DNA of 62,841 nucleotides, counting the filler, from Candidatus Woesearchaeota archaeon (GTDB taxonomy: Archaea; Nanobdellota; Nanobdellia; Woesearchaeales; B72-G16), in assembly GCA_003650545.1 (NCBI GenBank). It is 12 parts of 12 records of this genome, joined end to end, with 100 filler letters (N's around TTAATTAATTAA, not from the genome) between each part and the next. Parts side by side here need not be neighbours in the genome. Positions count along the whole stretch, not along the records: positions 57,982 to 62,841 come from QMQO01000072.1; 11 more parts are not named here. One strand, 5' to 3'. Position 1 is the stretch's first letter. Every line of letters starts with the position of its first letter. The position numbers were made by a program, and so were the translations under genes. The notes beneath the pieces are model-generated. The model was not told the DNA's origin. It made no database searches and saw only the letters and a list, made by a program, of their open reading frames with translations. Below are positions 61,401 to 62,841 of this stretch, one piece after another.

Positions 61401-62841
61401 ATTACGATAACGATTTTATCAATTCTCAGCCTTTCAGTCGGGGCTTCCGTAATCATTTTTGAAAGTTCGAGCAAGTTAGTCTTCGGAATTTTTCCAGCCT
61501 CAATGATGTCCATGTAGTTGTCCCAAGTGTCCGTAATGTAAGACACTCTTATTTTGATGTTGGAGCTTGGAATTCCCAATCTTTCGAGATAGCTTATTAC
61601 GTGGTTCTTGAAGTCGTTCTCGTGCTCACTCGCTTCCATTGGCAGGAAGTACTCGACTACGGCGTATCTCTCTCCCGTTTTTGAATCGACGAGGATTGGA
61701 ATTGTGTAAACCGTCGTTTTGATGTTCTCGTATTCTTTCAGGTTCTCGTAGTGGGTGTAGAACTCCGCTCCAGCGTCAACTGCGAGAGCCAGCCCCACTA
61801 CGAATAATGCTCTCGAACCCCATTTCGTTGCTCCTCTCGCCCACATTGAAACTGCATCGTGGATTGCAAGCTCGTCATATCCTTTCGCTGTAAGATATCG
61901 TTTGAGCCATCCGCTTCCGAGGGATTTTGCTGTGTACAGGCTCGCCCCGCTACCCATTATCTGTCCGCCTACACCCATCAGCTCTCCCGCTGGGTTGAAC
62001 TGTGGTATCACAACTGATACTGCAAACTTGGGGTCTAATGTAAGTTCAGAATAGGGTGTCAGCTTTGCATTCAAAGGAACTTCTATAATCACTCCAGAGT
62101 CCGCTGTAGAAGCTGAAACTCCGAAAAACCTCGCATAAGTCCACGTTTGCAAGACGTGAGTTCTCTCATATACGACAGTTCTTTCATCCTCTTTTGTGAG
62201 CTTGTGGTCTTTTACGGTTGCTCCATCTGTGTAAATCACATCGTATCTGACGAGACCTCTATCTTTCATGTTTCCGAGCTTTCCGTTCACAATGTCGCTG
62301 TCGGTAATGAGTTCTACAGGTCTCTCCTCTGCGGAGAGATATGTGATTTTTATCTGCCCAGATTCGAAGTAGATGTGGTAGGGCTTGTCCTTGGGAGCTT
62401 CGAGGGTGAAAGCAGAGGACAGCTCCCACGGATAGGACTGGGTTGGGTTGTAAATCAAGTCACCTTCGAACCTCAGTCTCGGCTCTCCGCTCTGGATGTC
62501 CTGCTTTACGAGCACATACAGAGTTTTTCCAGCAAACAGATAGTTACCCTGTAAGCTGACTGCCGTAGCTTTACCTATTCCACTCCCACTATAAGTCCAG
62601 TATCTCCCCGTCTTTACGTCAACGAGAACTGAAACGTATGGGTCGGTGTTTGTGGAGAAGGCAACAACTGTGACTTCTAATGGACTCCATCTGTTGTAGA
62701 ACGGGTTGTAGAACCTGCCTGTCGTTCCTGTTTGATTGCTGTCCAGATGGAGCACCTCTTCGAATACGTAACCACCAGCCTCGCTCACTTCGAACCTGAA
62801 TACGTAGATGTGTCCGTTGTCCGTTCCGACGAGGATATATC
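58496..62841 (-). CDS. Large membrane-anchored surface/spike-like protein with PEGA/carboxypeptidase-regulatory-like and CARDB-like domains (5'-truncated)
   Basis: Frame open to the window end (ILVGTDNGHIYVF, propeller-like). GADVYLDG..GTTD.SG, DTNSENN, C-terminal TM and basic tail. Confidence 0.8.
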   Translation of the reverse strand, partial: YILVGTDNGHIYVFRFEVSEAGGYVFEEVLHLDSNQTGTTGRFYNPFYNRWSPLEVTVVAFSTNTDPYVSVLVDVKTGRYWTYSGSGIGKATAVSLQGNYLFAGKTLYVLVKQDIQSGEPRLRFEGDLIYNPTQSYPWELSSAFTLEAPKDKPYHIYFESGQIKITYLSAEERPVELITDSDIVNGKLGNMKDRGLVRYDVIYTDGATVKDHKLTKEDERTVVYERTHVLQTWTYARFFGVSASTADSGVIIEVPLNAKLTPYSELTLDPKFAVSVVIPQFNPAGELMGVGGQIMGSGASLYTAKSLGSGWLKRYLTAKGYDELAIHDAVSMWARGATKWGSRALFVVGLALAVDAGAEFYTHYENLKEYENIKTTVYTIPILVDSKTGERYAVVEYFLPMEASEHENDFKNHVISYLERLGIPSSNIKIRVSYITDTWDNYMDIIEAGKIPKTNLLELSKMITEAPTERLRIDKIVIVIDTITSGYASSFDLLGGGYHEALATIVYGNSIQVSGIVSGFETKDPEEIASLIPKVEINGQEYDVSPSTDGAIAQFTLPVGTDKLIVRFPNAEHMRAIFQLKTTTLVKTPMVDRGGYYEANFHYDWKYGENNLVIVTKRMEFVDMPYPMEYAEREIKLLYGRVEPLEITNYFELSQVIDDTSSPSGKRYYYVTQDPKFLDPSNGARMQTCKRYIFRYWYTEPVKPYEPEKNETLPINDTQPLPANNTSAIGNAWIGLYLNGTNRASVIPRQLVVWLGATGTEDNTVDVEIVLRAGYLDSEDKPVYTMNETRTLTVTIPANDTYTQFYDIQKFVAEAIEHAPRGFFEAVGTIVNATYNKVLSDDSDRVTYFPPPNLPPSETPVVLNVRVVDAVNLTALQGADVYLDGSLFGTTDASGWANDTTITGFHSIRVEKSGYQTYEGSLNVFDNMSVVIPLNPEGVTGYYKLEALVQYRDGAPYEGATVTVKDNATSTVLFTQDTDSLGLARFMIESGKVVDIEVVAGNHTFNFTGITMDKDKRVVATVPEDSDYFAPEVAISDVVLKIHWGMGWYYGETPHLVETWVFSNVPQTVTLHYRAFDVDTNETLNETELTVDVKAGVNYIMNWVYLGVRNETKYVAVEVTITSYEQDTNSENNRMRSNSVTIKPFIDLSVTVLWKPVKQKTPLAILPEDVIEVDIGYMIPCKLSGIEIRADVNKHDLFAKKLMPIERHQDVVATFKPNTTIWYNTTITVPFTDKIVVNASIYHPWEYMGWNNYVNTTIKIFPDTEVSNVSVGALLVQSGQDVDITVGLRSNAIGRGTTVSVYDEDTEDVIGTAHVEITEPEMKVRLKATAPVIGQAVEAQQFNFSGVYETHTWNVSSATVDYWTENDYQRIQVTIWNIPWWLWLLVILIAILFVLAVVHSLLGTVKERTKPRYRFFRRLDGEEVPSKYGLTAEEKSTKRFRFFRRLK

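Overview
This window is not one replicon. It is 12 unrelated metagenomic contigs of about 4.9-5.3 kb, in decreasing length order, joined by artificial 100-nt spacers (N44-TTAATTAATTAA-N44). Contents: (1) 1-5332, DPANN-like archaeon with tfb, class I lysS, a DHHA1 fragment and a Cys-rich surface protein. (2) 5433-10752, GC-rich FCB-type bacterium with two transglutaminase-like proteins, bioY and an isochorismatase. (3) 10853-16158, AT-rich archaeal virus-like small genes with a repeated 24-bp upstream element. (4) 16259-21542, a 3.4-kb non-coding nested repeat field beside a PD-(D/E)XK nuclease-like gene, giant-virus-like. (5) 21643-26879, a multi-IPT/TIG giant protein. (6) 26980-32213, crenarchaeal chromosome with a decayed amidohydrolase, GH99, a 5S rRNA overlapped antisense by an HTH ORF, and DUF1512. 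(7) 32314-37492, archaeal virus tail/fibre module. (8) 37593-42766, sequon-rich archaeal surface proteins. (9) 42867-47895, archaeal type IV pilus locus. (10) 47996-52893, virus-like small genes with a methyltransferase. (11) 52994-57881, Thermoproteota OPT-like transporter and DUF134. (12) 57982-62841, a large membrane-anchored protein and a small membrane protein that share an RFFRRL peptide. Best leads: a possible split-integrase element targeting the 5S rRNA 3' end, the contig 4 repeat field, the contig 3 cassette-like upstream elements, the shared RFFRRL motif, and a solo IS200/IS605-like hairpin ending a viral methyltransferase. Family and taxon calls come from motif recognition only; no searches were run.
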